Shown: in pieces, positions 1 to 13,787 of the stretch
Numbering within the stretch: the stretch's first letter is position 1
Layout of the letters: each line of letters starts with the position of its first letter
Source: Syncephalis fuscata S228
Taxonomy: Eukaryota > Fungi > Zoopagomycota
NCBI GenBank assembly: GCA_025786725.1
Contig: JAHLTZ010000022.1
Coordinates: 186,001 to 250,000 of the forward strand
Length of the DNA: 64,000 bases
Direction: 5' to 3'
Notes under the pieces: generated by a model
Databases searched by the model: none
Seen by the model: the letters and a program-made list of their open reading frames with translations, nothing else
Told to the model about the DNA's origin: nothing
Translations under genes and position numbers: made by a program

Positions 1-2802
1 GTCTGTTGACATTATGGTTTAAATTCGGCTATCAACCGGAAGTAAGTGCAGCTATTAACGAAGGATTCAGCACCGTCAGTATCGATACATGGCTTGAAGT
101 TATTCCACAGGTAAGTAATTCTATTGATTAATTCAATTGACTTAATATTATATATATTACATTATATTTCTAGTTAATTGCTCGAATTCACGCACCTAGT
201 CCAAGTGTTCGACGATTGATTCATCAATTGCTATCGGATGTTGGTCGACAACATCCACAAGCACTTGTCTATTCATTAACTGTTGCTTCAAAGTCTCAAA
301 GTGCTTCACGTAAACGGGCTGCCCTTAGTATTATGGATAAGATGCGTGTTCATCGACCAAGTCTTGTTGAACAGGTAAGTTGTTTATTCATTTCTATTAT
401 ACTATGTATTATATACTATATACTATATACTATATACTATATACTATACAACTACTTATTTATATTGATATGATTGTACATAATATTAGGCTTTATTGGT
501 CAGTCAAGAGCTAATCCGTGTTTCCATTCTTTGGCATGAGATGTGGCATGAAGGACTTGAAGAAGCATCACGTCTTTATTTCGGTGATCGTAATATTGAA
601 GGCATGTTTTCAGTACTTGCCCCATTACATGCCATGATGGAACGAGTAAGTAACAGGGCATGTATATAGTATGCAAATACTTACTAATCGCTATTAATAA
701 GGGACCGGAAACACTTCGTGAAATCTCATTTAACCAAGCATTTGGCCGTGACTTACAAGAAGCGCATGAACTGTGTCAACGCTATCAACATACCCTTGAT
801 GGAAATCATTTAAATCAAGCATGGGAACTCTACTACCAAGTGTTTAGACGTATTGCTAAACAATTGCCCCAATTAATTACCCTTGAATTACAATATGTAT
901 CACCAAAACTATTACAAGCGCACGATTTAGATATGGCTGTTCCCGGTAATAGATCGATATAATACGAATACCAAGAAAGTATTTACTAATCTCTATTATA
1001 TAGGTACATACAAATGTGGCGAGCCAGTCGTGACTATTCATAGCTTTGCACCAACACTCACGGTTATTACATCTAAACAACGACCACGTAAATTATCGCT
1101 TAAAGGCAGTGATGGTAAAGACTATCAGTATCTATTAAAAGGTATAGTATTATGGGCATTAGTAAAGTTAATGGTATTTAATGTATAGTCAATCATTAGG
1201 ACATGAGGATCTACGTCAAGATGAACGTGTTATGCAGCTATTTGGTCTTGTTAATACATTGTTACAAATCGATCCCGAGACCTTTAAGCGCCATTTAAGT
1301 ATTCGACGCTACGCAGTCATTCCATTATCACCAAATTCTGGTTTAATTGGATGGGTACCGCATACCGATACACTCCATGCGTTGATACGTGATTATCGAG
1401 AATCAAAGAAGATTCTACTGAATATTGAGCATTGTCTAATGCTTAAGATGGCACCTGATTACGATAATTTAACATTACTACAAAAGGTTGAAGTGTTTGA
1501 ATATGCACTCGAAAAGACAACTGGCCAAGATCTTTACCGGGTCTTATGGCTTAAGAGTCGTAATTCTGAGGTATGTAACTAAGTATTCGTCATACTAGTA
1601 ATTGACTCGATGATAATGTATAGTCATGGCTTGAAAGACGTACCAATTACACCCGATCATTGGCTGTTATGTCGATGGTGGGCTATATTCTTGGATTAGG
1701 CGATCGTCATCCGTCAAATCTTATGTTGGAACGGTATACGGGCAAGGTTGTACATATTGATTTTGGTGATTGTTTTGAAGTAAGTAGAGGCTATGACGAT
1801 TCCTTTATTTTTTCTTATATTTATATATTTATTAATAGGTGGCAATGCATCGTGAGAAATTCCCTGAACGTATTCCTTTCCGATTAACACGTATGCTTGT
1901 TAATGCCATGGAAGTAAGTAGATTTATACTAAGTGATGGGTAGCAGATAACAATAACAATAATAACCATCATCATCATCATCATCTATATTTAGGTCAGC
2001 GGTATTGAAGGCAATTTCCGTACAACGTGTGAAAATGTGATGCGTGTATTACGTGAAAACAAAGAAAGTCTTATGGCTGTACTTGAAGCATTTGTCTACG
2101 ATCCATTGATTAATTGGCGTCTTATGACAAATCATCCAAGTCCACGTCCAGGTAAGTAATTATTATTATTGTTGTTGTTGTTATTAATAGATTAATGAAT
2201 CGTATTTATTTCATTATGTTTTAATTAATATAGATGTTCGTCCAAATCGAAGCCATTCAGCTCATGGTAAGTAATAGAATGTTATACTGGGTATACTTGT
2301 AATATATAATACATAATATATCACCGCCTATTATATCTATTTAGGAGAAATACCCGATGATACAAGTCTTGCCACTAATAGTGCCGCACCTAGCCGTCGA
2401 GTATCAACACGCGATAATATGAATGGCACATCAGGTAAGTGGGGTATTGTTGTAATAACCATGTTACTAACATTTAATAGGCGAGGAAGCATTTAATAAA
2501 CCGGAAGCATTAAATGAACGGGCTGTCCACGTCATTACTCGTGTATCTAAGAAACTAACTGGTATGGCGTTGATGAAGATAATGAATCTATAAATACTAA
2601 TACAACCATATAACATTAATTAGGTCGTGATTTTAATCCAAATACAACGTTAGATGTACAAGATCAGGTCGAGAAACTTATTCAGCAGGCACGATCACCG
2701 GAGAATCTTTGTCAGTGCTATATCGGCTGGTATGTATTAAAGTATTTCAATCATCATTTGCTAACCATAACATGCTTTATTATTAGGTGTGCCTTTTGGT
2801 AA
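1..2802 (+). CDS. TOR: TOR serine/threonine kinase, 3' part (end of FAT, FRB, PI3K-like kinase, FATC); 5' truncated by window; about 14 introns
   Basis: Spliced translation gives [33 protein letters not shown] (FRB), [29 protein letters not shown]...HIDFGDCFE, and terminal [14 protein letters not shown] (stop 2800-2802). Confidence 0.98.
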
Positions 2803-2869
2803 AATCAAAAGATAAAGAATAGTAGTATGTCAACATGTGACAGTAACACGACATATATATATATATCTC

Positions 2870-5143
2870 TTAATCCCAATATTTAATTGTGCCATCCCAA
2901 CTGGCCGTGGCCACTTTTGACGTCTCATGTGGATGCCAAGCACAATCAATGAGTACTTTGTCGTGTGCTTTCATTTTTCTAATTAAATAGTTATTTACAC
3001 AGTTACTATTTGTTACATATTGTGATACTTACTTTAATATACGGCTTGTCTTCCAGTCCCATATCCATAAATGACCACTTGAGTCGCCTGATATTAAATA
3101 GCGGCCATCAGGTGAGAAGTTTGGCTGGCATGCATAACCAGCGACCATATGACCAACAAATCGCTTTCGTCTATTTTGTTTAAATCGATCCTGTGCGCCA
3201 AATACTAGGATCTGGTTATCAAGTGACTGTGCCACAAGCCATTTATCTGTTAGATAACAATAATAATATTTGTTAGTTAGTTGTATAGCTATCATGGGTT
3301 GCAGTATTAAATGGCTACTATTTACTTACTATTGGGATGCAGAGCAACAGCTGGCATACTATACATATCTGGTTCGGCAACATATTTGATAACTACTGGA
3401 ATGCCAAATTCCCATACGCGTAGTGTTTTATCATCAGACGTGGTAACAAATCGACGATTTTCATCAACAAAGGTAATTGTATTGACCGCACCTAAATGCT
3501 GATCATATTCCTGTTCTATATCACCAGTATTTACATTATACTATAGTGTACAATAATCGATTAGTATTAAGGCTGTTTCACAATGCTTATGAATGGATGT
3601 AACCTACTTGAGTGATCTTTTTATCAGAACATCCAACTAAAAATGAATCTGGATGATCCGGATTAAATCGAACACAATAAGGGATTTTACCATTACTGAA
3701 AGCGCTAATGCATTTGCCTAAACAACAAAATAGTTAATTAGTGTATAATAATACATAATTAAATAAAATAATGTTATAGAATTACTATATACCTGTCTCG
3801 GTGTCCCATAGCTTAATTGTTGTGTCGTAACTGGCACTTAAAAATTGTCGGCCATCAGGTGTAAAGCAAATGTCACGTACAGCCTTTTCATGACCTAAAA
3901 ATGTGCGTAGACATTGTCGTTGATGATAAACATCCCATAGCTAAATGTCATAATAAGCAATATGATTAATATAGTTAATAAATGTTGAACTACCTTAATC
4001 TTTGTATCCATTCCGGCTGATAACAAAAGATGACCAGATTGTGGAAAGAATCGAATAGCCGATACGCCCTTTGTATGACCAGTAAATGTATGGATTTGTT
4101 TTTTAGGTAAAAAGCACTGTTGAGCACCCGATTCACCAAGTAGATCAATGCCCAAATCTTTTGGTATATGCATGTAAGTACGTCCTTGATAGTCATATTC
4201 CTCTCGGCCTATATTTATACATTAGTAACTGTAGTATATATATGTATATATATATGTAAAAAGTAAACTAAACTTACCATGGAAAATGGTCTCCTCGTTG
4301 CCTGCAGCAATCTTATGCCGTTGTCTCTCCATTGGTGCCGGTTCTTCAGGCACCACTTCTTTCTCTTTCTCTTTCTATTATTATTATTTCACTGTAATTA
4401 GATTCAATACAAATCAATTTAATCTTAAATTACCTCTTCTGCTTCTTCTGTCTCTTCAGATGGCTGTGGTGGTGGTGGTGGTGGCATCATATCATCTGTA
4501 TTAAAACCTGCCCATGGTCCCTGATAAGCGTTATCGCCATCGACCACGGTAACATCACCACGAGCCTTACGCTTAGGTCCAGCATCTTTTCGTGACTTTT
4601 GCGTGGCCTTTGATAGATTCTGTTCGTATGTATTCACCTTATCTACATCGCCTACATAGCCGGTGCCATCCTTACCAGTGCCAATACTGCCAGCCACCGT
4701 ATAGTTAAGTAACGATGGATCACGCGCATAGCCTCGTGCTTGAAAGTTGTAATACTGTGAATCAAAATCGTAGTTGGCATAGGCTTGCTCCTCGACATGT
4801 CCAGCTGCCACGTTCTTTTCAACACCACAGCCGGCCAACATGCCACGAATACCGCCAAATGTTGGATTCTCTGGACCGAGCATAGGCCGATGGAGATCTT
4901 CGTAGTTTACATTAACGGCCATCTCGCGATCGGTTGGGTAAAGTGTAATCTGACGATTCGAGCCATAGTTCTAGGTACGTATGAACGTTTAAAAACTAAA
5001 CACTTAATATACTGTTAAGTAGAACTTACTTCTACACTGACATCGGGAGTGGCATCAACGCGGATTCGCTTTGTAGATTGTGCTGCGGTGGCCTCGGATT
5101 CTTGATCGGAATCCGACGCATAAACACTGCCCAACAGATCCAT
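2870..5143 (-). CDS. CDC40: Pre-mRNA splicing factor Prp17/Cdc40 (WD40 repeats), multi-exon
   Basis: [62 protein letters not shown], terminal DGTIKYWD*. Confidence 0.95.
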
Positions 5144-5811
5144 CGAATATATGTTTAAAGCGATATAATAGATGGGAGATGCAAAAGAGCAAGATGGAAT
5201 TAGATGAACACAGATTATAAAACTATTTTAAAATGGACTTGTTTTGTTATTTGGTTAGTTAATCTATTTGTCTATTGTTCAGTAAGCATATACCTCTATT
5301 CACCTACCATCTTTGTTGTATATTTATTCTATTATATACTATTATATGCTATACTGAATACACTATATATTTTAACATTACCCTTCCACTCACTGTGTAA
5401 TATGCACTATAGCTGCAACACTGCTAACATACTATTTTTATTGTATATTTATCCTATTGCATATTATTTTATGTTGTTTAGCTTCGCACTATTCAAATCA
5501 TTACGCGTTTAGTCCTAGTTTTATTATTAATAAAAGTCGGTTTAATTCGTTCATTTTATTTAGCAAACTACATTTACGTGGTCTGTAATGAATATATGCA
5601 TACTGGATAATGAATCTATGACGATGAGCATTTTAGACTTTGATGTCATTTACCGCCCATCATCATGTTCAATAGAACAGATGCGTAGTTCGATTACGCA
5701 AATGTTACTAGATTTAGGTATTTAACGCAAAATATAATAAATAGTTAATAAATCGAATAATAAATCACTTTATTAGTTATTCTCAACAAACCTTACAAAA
5801 TAAAATCTTGC

Positions 5812-7577
5812 TTAGGATTTAACGTCAAAAGTAACACCATGCTCATGTAAGCGATCAGCCAAATCAGTCTTCCAAAAAGCGGCTGCTGGAGTCAATACAC
5901 CAGAAGGTATACGTTTCTTTTCCTTACGATCCAATAGCACATAGGCCGATTGGATTAAACAAATGGCCGTACCAGGATAGCCTGGATTAGGTCCGGTAAC
6001 TGTTACTTCTACCTGCACAGTTGATGGCTTACTTTCATCGCTATCAGCTGAACCCGCCGTATCTACTTGTCGATAGCCATAGCCCATCATTTGTTGACGG
6101 AATCCGGTAGCTTCAATTGTTTCTAATGTAGGGCCATTTGATGACACTACACCAGCGGTAAATAGTCGAGGATAGCGAAGAAGTTGACGCTGCATAAATG
6201 GTATTTGTGCCAGTATAGTGATCCATGCTGCCCATCCCATGGCAATTAATGCAACGGGCAAAGCATAGAATGGTAGTAGCATACGTGGTACATAGTGTAC
6301 GGCTGGTGGCGGCGTTTTACGACGATAATGACTCTGTTTCGCCGCTTTGCCATCATCTTGTTGCTTCTTCTTATTCTTCTTTTTCTTATCCTTTCGTTTG
6401 CTGTTGGATGTCTCGTTGGCTGCATCGGAATCCGAATCACTCGAAAAACCGAAGTTAATGCGGCCCATGCTGCTGCTCCACCTGACAAATTTTGTTGTTT
6501 TGCCTCAATTGCTAGTTTTTGCTGTGCTATAAGCCGTCGTGACATCTCGGTAATACTGCCATCCGTTAATGGATAGGGTGCCGTCCAGTGAAACGGGAAT
6601 AAGCGGCCAAAAAAGCCACGATTCGTCTCTTGGGCGGCAATACGTGTTTCGATGCCTATTGGTAACCAAGAAGATGGCTTGGCTACTGCGTAGGTAACTG
6701 GATACTTTTTATCGACTGCTTGTTCCAATTGAATAATTTCGCCTAAATGGCTCATTTCGTGGACTACACAATAAAATAGTTACTATTAACAATATCCACG
6801 CTCATATCAATATAATAGTATACTTACTGGCTGTCTGATAGGTACCACTGTTGATTAAAGCACCGCTACCGCTACCGGGAAATGTATAAAACGACTCTAT
6901 TACTGTTGGTACTGCATGTTGCACTTCCAAAGCATGAATTGTTTTAAGAATACCCATTTCCGCTGGTATCTATAGAACAATGAGATGTGTTAGCTTTCTG
7001 ATCGCAGTGTAGAAAAACAATAGCCGGTGCGCTTACACTATCATAGCCACAGGCATGTACAATTGATACATTGTTTGCATGAGCTTGTTCGCCGTATTTC
7101 TCAATTGACTGTAGAATAAAGGCGGGTTCACCCGTAATATCAACGTAATGGGCACCCTGTTCAACACATGCTTTTACGACTGGTTCGCCGTAAAGTCTGT
7201 ATGGTCCGACGCAGCTGGCTACAACACGGGCCGTTTTGCCATGCTAACCAACGAAGGCACTGATGTAACATCGGCTACTAACAGTTGCGGCGATTTAACT
7301 GCGGTTGCTGTATGGCCGCACTGCTACTGTTAGTAGCCTCTTCAGTACTGGCATATTGTTGTTTTAGCCGAGCTAATACTTGGCGTAGTTTCTCCTCGGA
7401 ACGTCCGGCTATGGCCCAGCGTAAAGGTCGACCAAGGCTCGTCTCTATTTGAGATAGTGTTCGCCATACTTCTTTAACAACAAACTCGCCGGTAAAGCCA
7501 GTTGCTCCAAACACAACTATATCCAGGTCTTTATCCTCGTCTCGGCTATGTAAACGAGCCGCTATATCTTCAAACAT
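5812..7577 (-). CDS. Saccharopine dehydrogenase-like oxidoreductase (SCCPDH family); model needs three 1-nt frameshift corrections (about 7318, 7230, 6446)
   Basis: IVVFGATGFTG (Rossmann), WAIAGRS, SCVGPYRLYGEPVVKACVEQGAHYVDITGEP, HACGYDS, GPNPGYPGTA, GVLTPAAAF. Confidence 0.85.
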
Positions 7578-8500
7578 ATCGTTATTGCTAGCAAACGTAA
7601 AAAATAATTGCGAAAAAGATAACGGCAGTGCTTTTGCCGTTAGTTGAACATTTAAACCAAAGGACGTATCAAGTCTCCAGAGATAACACGTGTGATGCAT
7701 TCTAAAAATAGCCATATTTTGACGGATGACATGTTCTACAATAGTGACTTCTTTATAAACTTAATTTTACAGCAATTTTTGATGTTTGCATCTATAGCAG
7801 ATAACAATAATTATATGTATATAAAAGCTTGCAGTTACGTTTCTTTAGTTTAGAAAAGTAACTAAGCTATTAAATATGATGATAAGATTATTAATAAAAA
7901 GAATTAATACTCTAGTTTACTACTATAAAATTAGTGTTTTTTGTTAACTATTAAATGCATCTTAAGATAAAGTAAGTTAATTAAATGCTGTTTATTGCAA
8001 TTCAATATATCATCACTATCTTTGCCAGTATATATAGACTAAAATAACCATGATTAAAAACTTGTTAGTATTTAAAAGTCAGAGGTAATGATTTTTGAAA
8101 AAGGATTCTTATCTAATTGCTATATTGCTTTTAGAGACGGTCCAATGTAGATATTGAATACTTGATTTGACAATATCTTACCTTCACCATATATATTTTA
8201 TAAATAAGCCAGTATGGTATTAACTTATAATTCTATTAGTTTATAAGAATAATTTTATTGCTAGTATAATCTATTTCTATTTGTTTGTAGGTATCCTAAC
8301 ACTTTGCAATCAAAACACTAGTTGAATAGCATTTATAATATGGCTTATTTTATACTCATAACAATGTCTAAATAGTGCTGTTTATTTGTTAAAAGATATC
8401 TATTTTCACATTCTTATGGTAATAATAGCTAATCATGCTTAATTTGTTTAAAGTCACTTTATTGTTTGAAATTGACGTCGCTGGAGTAAAAACCGTTAGA

Positions 8501-9559
8501 TCAGCGGGAATTAATCAATAAGCCTTTAAGAACTGTTGGAAGCATGGGTTTGGTCTGAGCTTCACTGTAGCCAAAACGCATATAAAAACCAGTAACCAAT
8601 TCTGTCACTGTCTTGTCAAATTTTTGCGTCTGTGCCTTATATGCACTATTTCCGAAGAAACCAACAGATCTAACATTTAAAAAGCCACTTGACTTGACAA
8701 ATTTAATCTCGTGTTCACCGATAATAGTCACAGCTAATCATTAAATTAGCATTATTGCTATATGCTATTATATAACTTACTTGAGCTGTCCATATAATAA
8801 TACCATCCCAATTCTTTTAAAAGCTGGAATCCTATAGAATATTTGGTTAGTTTTGCTTAAGAATATGGTTTGGATACCTACCTTTCTTAAGCTTATTAAC
8901 AAAGTTTTGTATATAAGCTTGTGTTAGTTTGGGATCTCGAGATTTAAGAGAAAGGTCTCGATATCTATCAGCAACGATATAAGGATGCTCGTGGACTCCA
9001 TAGTCCGACACTAAATAACAATAAGTGTCTAAACTGAGCTGATACCGCCTAATAGGGCAGTTAATAATACTTTTGGCTTCATAGCCTTCTGGTGTATTGT
9101 ATTTTGCGTTCATGCATTTCTATTCACACAATTAGACAAATTATTTAAAATTTTAGCGATTATTTCTTACTATGTAAAAGCTATAAGGAAGCATATTGTG
9201 TTCTTTAATAGTTGCACAGTGGACTTCAACACGTGCATCTTTTAATGTCCCATAAGCGCCTAGCCCAATGCCAATTGGGCCTTTAAGTACAAGTCCATCT
9301 TCATTAAACGCATTTGGTTGTCCAACTGCATATCTAAAAAATGACTTGCGTCCTAAATCATAGTATAGTTGGTATTACTGTAGCACGACATATGTAACCA
9401 CCTACCACTATCCCATCCATATGAAGTTGGCACTATTTGTTTGTTGTTTACGTTATCAATAGGCCCTACTCTTACTCCAGCAACATCGTGTATTGTTGAA
9501 ACCAGCAACAAAATAGTAGTAACAGCGGAAAAAGTAAGTTGTTTTGTAAGCAGCATCAT
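8501..9559 (-). CDS. Secreted, highly degenerate kinase-derived protein (pseudokinase A), 285 aa; exons 9406-9559, 9171-9352, 8882-9119, 8781-8831, 8501-8733
   Basis: Clean GT-AG splicing into one open frame. Signal peptide MMLLTKQLTFSAVTTILLLVSTIHDVAG. Aligns by eye and by intron position and phase with the genes at 20.5 and 27.2 kb (VEVHC, YCYLV, KKG|FQLLKELGWYYYMDSS|). Confidence 0.75.
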
Positions 9560-10502
9560 GTAAAATGGTCGTTTCTAATCTAAAGTCTATGAAACTTTAA
9601 AAAAGTAAAAGAATGTTGATGATATAACTTGCAATGAAATTTTGTCGGCAAAATGGTGAAGGTGAAAGATAAACAGACTTATTTTCTTGAAAGTAACGTG
9701 TATTTATATCGACAACATCAAATATAATAGTGAGAATAAATAGTTTAACCAGACGAATATGAAATACACAGCTATGCAACTACGCTTGAATTTCAATCAA
9801 TCAAACGGTACTGATTTGAGATTGTAAACTTATGGAAGTTACAATACTGAATGCAGAATTCTGAGTTAGAACGTTTCAGGTTTTTGTTGTATTGGCAAAA
9901 TGGCAGGTAGGAGATATAAAACTGCATAGATATTAATATGGAAAAACAAACTATTAGCTTAAAACACTACTTTCTAATTATAGCATTTCAGAATTAACTA
10001 ATCAATGGCAAATGGAATCTTCAAATAACGATTGTCAAAAATACAATGCACATCTTGAATCAGTATATGCAAAAAGTGCAATGCTTCAATACAACGTTTA
10101 GAATGTAAAATAACTTTGTAGCTGCATTATTATTATATTATCTAGGGAATTATTAGCAAGCTCCTAGTAAACAAATAAAAAGTAATCATCGCATGTAACA
10201 CTATCTGGAGTGAAACTGCTATAAGCTAATACGATCATTGCCAAAGATTTGATCTGCTATAAATATTACGCGCACAACTCAATATTATTTTAAGCGTATT
10301 CTTTATTTGCACTAAACAATTAACTATAATTAGTAGAATAATATAAAACAAAACATAATAAAAGGCTGTTGAGTCCAGGTTTGAATAAGCTGTCTAACAA
10401 TATGATTACAACATTAATTACCATTACCATTAAATAAATATCATTACATTATCATAAATGAAGATATGTAATATATTTATCATTGTAGATAAAACCATTT
10501 AT

Positions 10503-11769
10503 TTATAACTCGTCATGTGCTTCGTCTTCTTTAGCCTCAGCTTCAGCTTCTTCCTTGTTCAACTTAGTTAGCGTTTCCTCAACCTGCTCCCAAGCTTTCT
10601 TTAAATTAGCTTCGCGTAGTACTTTCATTTCATCGGCTTCTTTTTCCATTTCTGCTGCTCTTCCCTTGTCACCATAACCATAGCTTTCCTTGACCTTCTT
10701 TTTCTTTTGCTTTTTAGCCTTCTTATTCTTCTTTTTATTCTCTTGGTCTGCATCTAGTTTTTTGTCATGCTCCATTTCTGCTTTAAAAACAGCATCAAAC
10801 TCTTCAGATATTCTTTTTTCTTTCTCTTTATCCTCTTCGGTTTTCTCGCTGTCGTCACTATTTATAAAATCGTTTATCGCATTGTCCATTGCTTTCTTTG
10901 CTTTCTTATCAACTGGACCACCTGGAAAACCGTTGACTTCCAGTAGCTCAACATCAAATAACAATGCAGCATTGGCTATGGTTCCAGCAAGTCTCCATAA
11001 GTAATTAAATTACTGTGTCGAATATTAGCTACTCACGTGGAATATCTGGCGGACTGCCCATCGCACCGTAGCCTAATTAATGATTACGCATTAAAGCTTG
11101 TATAAACAATAGATCGATCTCCATTACTTACCAAGATCGGCCGGGAAGACTAGTCGACGGTGTTCTCCAATACACATACTAATTAATAGATGGAATGAGT
11201 AAGTGATTATAGGTGATTTTATATTAATTACCCAGGAATGCCTTGATCCCAGCCTAAATAGAATTGAATTGATTGCTAATATATAAATATTCATATAAAA
11301 CCTACCTTGAATAACTTGTCCCATACCTAATGTTATAGTATATAATTGAAATTAGTTATGAATCTAAATAACCATGATTAACAAATATTACTAACCAAGA
11401 GTAAATTCGAATGGAACGCCACGATCAAGTGAAGAATCAAATTTAACATCATCAGCATGTCGTCTGCCCGTGTAATGCATCTTAAGCGTATCTCTATCCA
11501 TTAATTCATCTTCATTAATAATACTTTAGTTTTATTATCTATTTACTTACCCTTTCTTTGCTTTTACCAAGCAATCTTCTTCAGGTATTCTCTTTTTAAC
11601 GCCTATATCATTATTTGTTAGTACTCAATGATACAGCCTATTGTATAAAATGGTGTGCATAATTACCAATACGCAGCTCAGTAGGTGGCGTTTTCTTTTT
11701 CTCCGCCATCACCACAGTTGTAGTGAGGCCTAGGACCGTCAACAAGGTAAAAAGCCGCGTCAATTGCAT
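10503..11769 (-). CDS. FPR2: ER-resident FKBP-type peptidyl-prolyl isomerase (FKBP13/Fpr2-like) with charged C-terminal extension and HDEL
   Basis: Signal peptide [74 protein letters not shown], ends HDEL*. Confidence 0.9.
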
Positions 11770-11918
11770 ATTGCGGTTATTTGAACACTTGTCTGGACAA
11801 GTAAAGTAATAAAATAAAAGATATAGCAATAAGCTGAATAAAGCCAAGAGTAAAAGAAAAGGGTGAATGGATGGTTGGATTTACACATACACACAAATAT
11901 AAAAATAAATGCATGAAT

Positions 11919-11929
11919 GCCACGTCAGC
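11919..11929 (-). promoter_or_regulatory. Putative unfolded-protein-response element (GCTGACGTGGC, containing TGACGTGG)
   Basis: Matches the XBP1/ATF6-type UPRE core about 150 bp upstream of an ER foldase start codon. Confidence 0.35.
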
Positions 11930-13787
11930 ACTATTAACAACAGTAGTTTCCTTTCATAGAATTCTAAAAATTTATGATAACCCCTCTATTAATCTGTTCT
12001 ATGATGTACCGACATGCTGGGTAGATTGACTTTTATTATTTCACATTGTATTTATTAATAAATTAAACTCGCGTCTTTATAAATATTGGCTGGCAGGGGC
12101 CACATCTTACAATCTACATTATCACATTTCTCTTTCTCTTTCTTCACACTTGATAACATATATTCATTACATATACTTGTACACTCTATATATGTTACAT
12201 AGATGGTGTCAGTATTTGATTGACTATAGTCAAGTACAAACACTATTTATACTATGTACTTGTATTGCTCTTTTGTAATCTTGCATATTTTTACAAATCA
12301 CTTTTATTGCTCTGATCATTGACGTTGGCAGCTTTATTGACACGATAAGTGTATTTCTGGCTTGTTTTTATGTTATGTCGAGCATATACTGTAAAATCTC
12401 GTTGTACACTTTATTTATACTATGGATTGCCCTTGCAGATCGCACTGTATGCATTAAAGATCTATTTAATGGCCGTACTAGAAGTGCAATTTACTACTAC
12501 TTCCAAAACGATCTGCAATGGACATCTATAGCATATCAAAGCATACAACGGATTTGGCGGCATCTGGCCACCATATTCGTCATGTACAGCAGCCAGCACA
12601 ATGACTATGTTAACGATATAAGCAAACCAAAGTATATAGCAGCTTTGATAGCATAAAAATCATATGCTAGTTTATATGTTAATAAATGTTGATCCATATT
12701 ATTGTTGCTGTAAAGTATTCATGTTATAATTTGATATGTAATGTCACTCACCATTCAACTCTATGTTTAATATAACAGATATTATTAAATAAAGTCATTT
12801 TAACCACAAATTATACTAAATGGTGCATTGCATTAATATATACATGCAACAACAACTATAGACAGCGTATAGCCAATATATAATAAAATGATAAACATTA
12901 TAGTGAATATACAATATTGCGCATATATGCATGAGCAGATAACCGACATTAGTCGACATTTATAATAATAACGCTAGAACAAAAATACAAAACAGTTTTG
13001 GGTATAGAAAGACCAGACAAGTATATAATGATATATAAACAATGTTAAAATTATAGTACAATGAGGGAAATGAGGGGAATGAGTACAGTGTATTGGAACA
13101 TATAAACAATAAAGTGTGTCTAGTATATCATATAGCGATATATACAAGCCATAAATCGAGTGGCATTGTACATAAAAAGACTATGAATAAATTGAAATAC
13201 AGATAAGGAAATTGTTCAAGTAATAAAATAAAATAAACAATAAAGATTAATTGCATAAAAGCAAATATAGTTATAGAACAATGTTTTCAATAAAATAAAA
13301 AAAATGGATATTAATGCATAAACAAATGTTATTATTATAGAACATGATATTATAATTGACAGCTAATCTTTAATCATTAGATTCAGTATATAAGCAACAG
13401 TGTTTATTGAATGTTATATAAAATACTTGTAAACATACCTATTCTAAACTACGCCTTTGTGTGTATAATTAAATAGCGATCCATCAATAAAGAAAGAAAA
13501 AGAGTTAATAAGAAAGGTTAGTATAAATGGCTATACCCGGCATATCGCCTGAGTAAAAGAAATGTTTAAAATAGCAGCTACTAGTACAACTTTCTGTTAT
13601 ATTTAATTGTATTCTATGAAAGCGATAATGAGCAATAATATTACGTTAATGCTTATTGTGAATGATGATTTAAATACAAATCAATCTAATCAAATTATTA
13701 CAATCGATTACGTAAAAAGATTTAATATCCTGGGGGGAGTCAAAGTAAACTTCAACACATTTTATTTATGCTAATGGTAATACATAA

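Noticed and set aside
405-450. (TATACTA)n repeat extending ORF 216..473 with a hydrophobic tail
   Set aside because: It lies inside TOR intron 376-490 and is a simple repeat, not coding.
5204-5512. Hydrophobic 102-aa ORF, and similar ones at 12349-12656, 28890-29183 and 52445-52660
   Set aside because: Composition reflects T-rich intergenic DNA. There are no motifs or splice support.
5812-7577. SCCPDH, 7TM-RGS, subtilisin and trypsins as pseudogenes
   Set aside because: Catalytic motifs are intact, and the same 1-nt deletions affect conserved genes, which points to assembly error.
1-11769. TOR and an FKBP within 8 kb, as a possible rapamycin-related locus
   Set aside because: The FKBP has a signal peptide and HDEL (ER lumen), so it is not cytosolic FKBP12. 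Proximity is likely chance.
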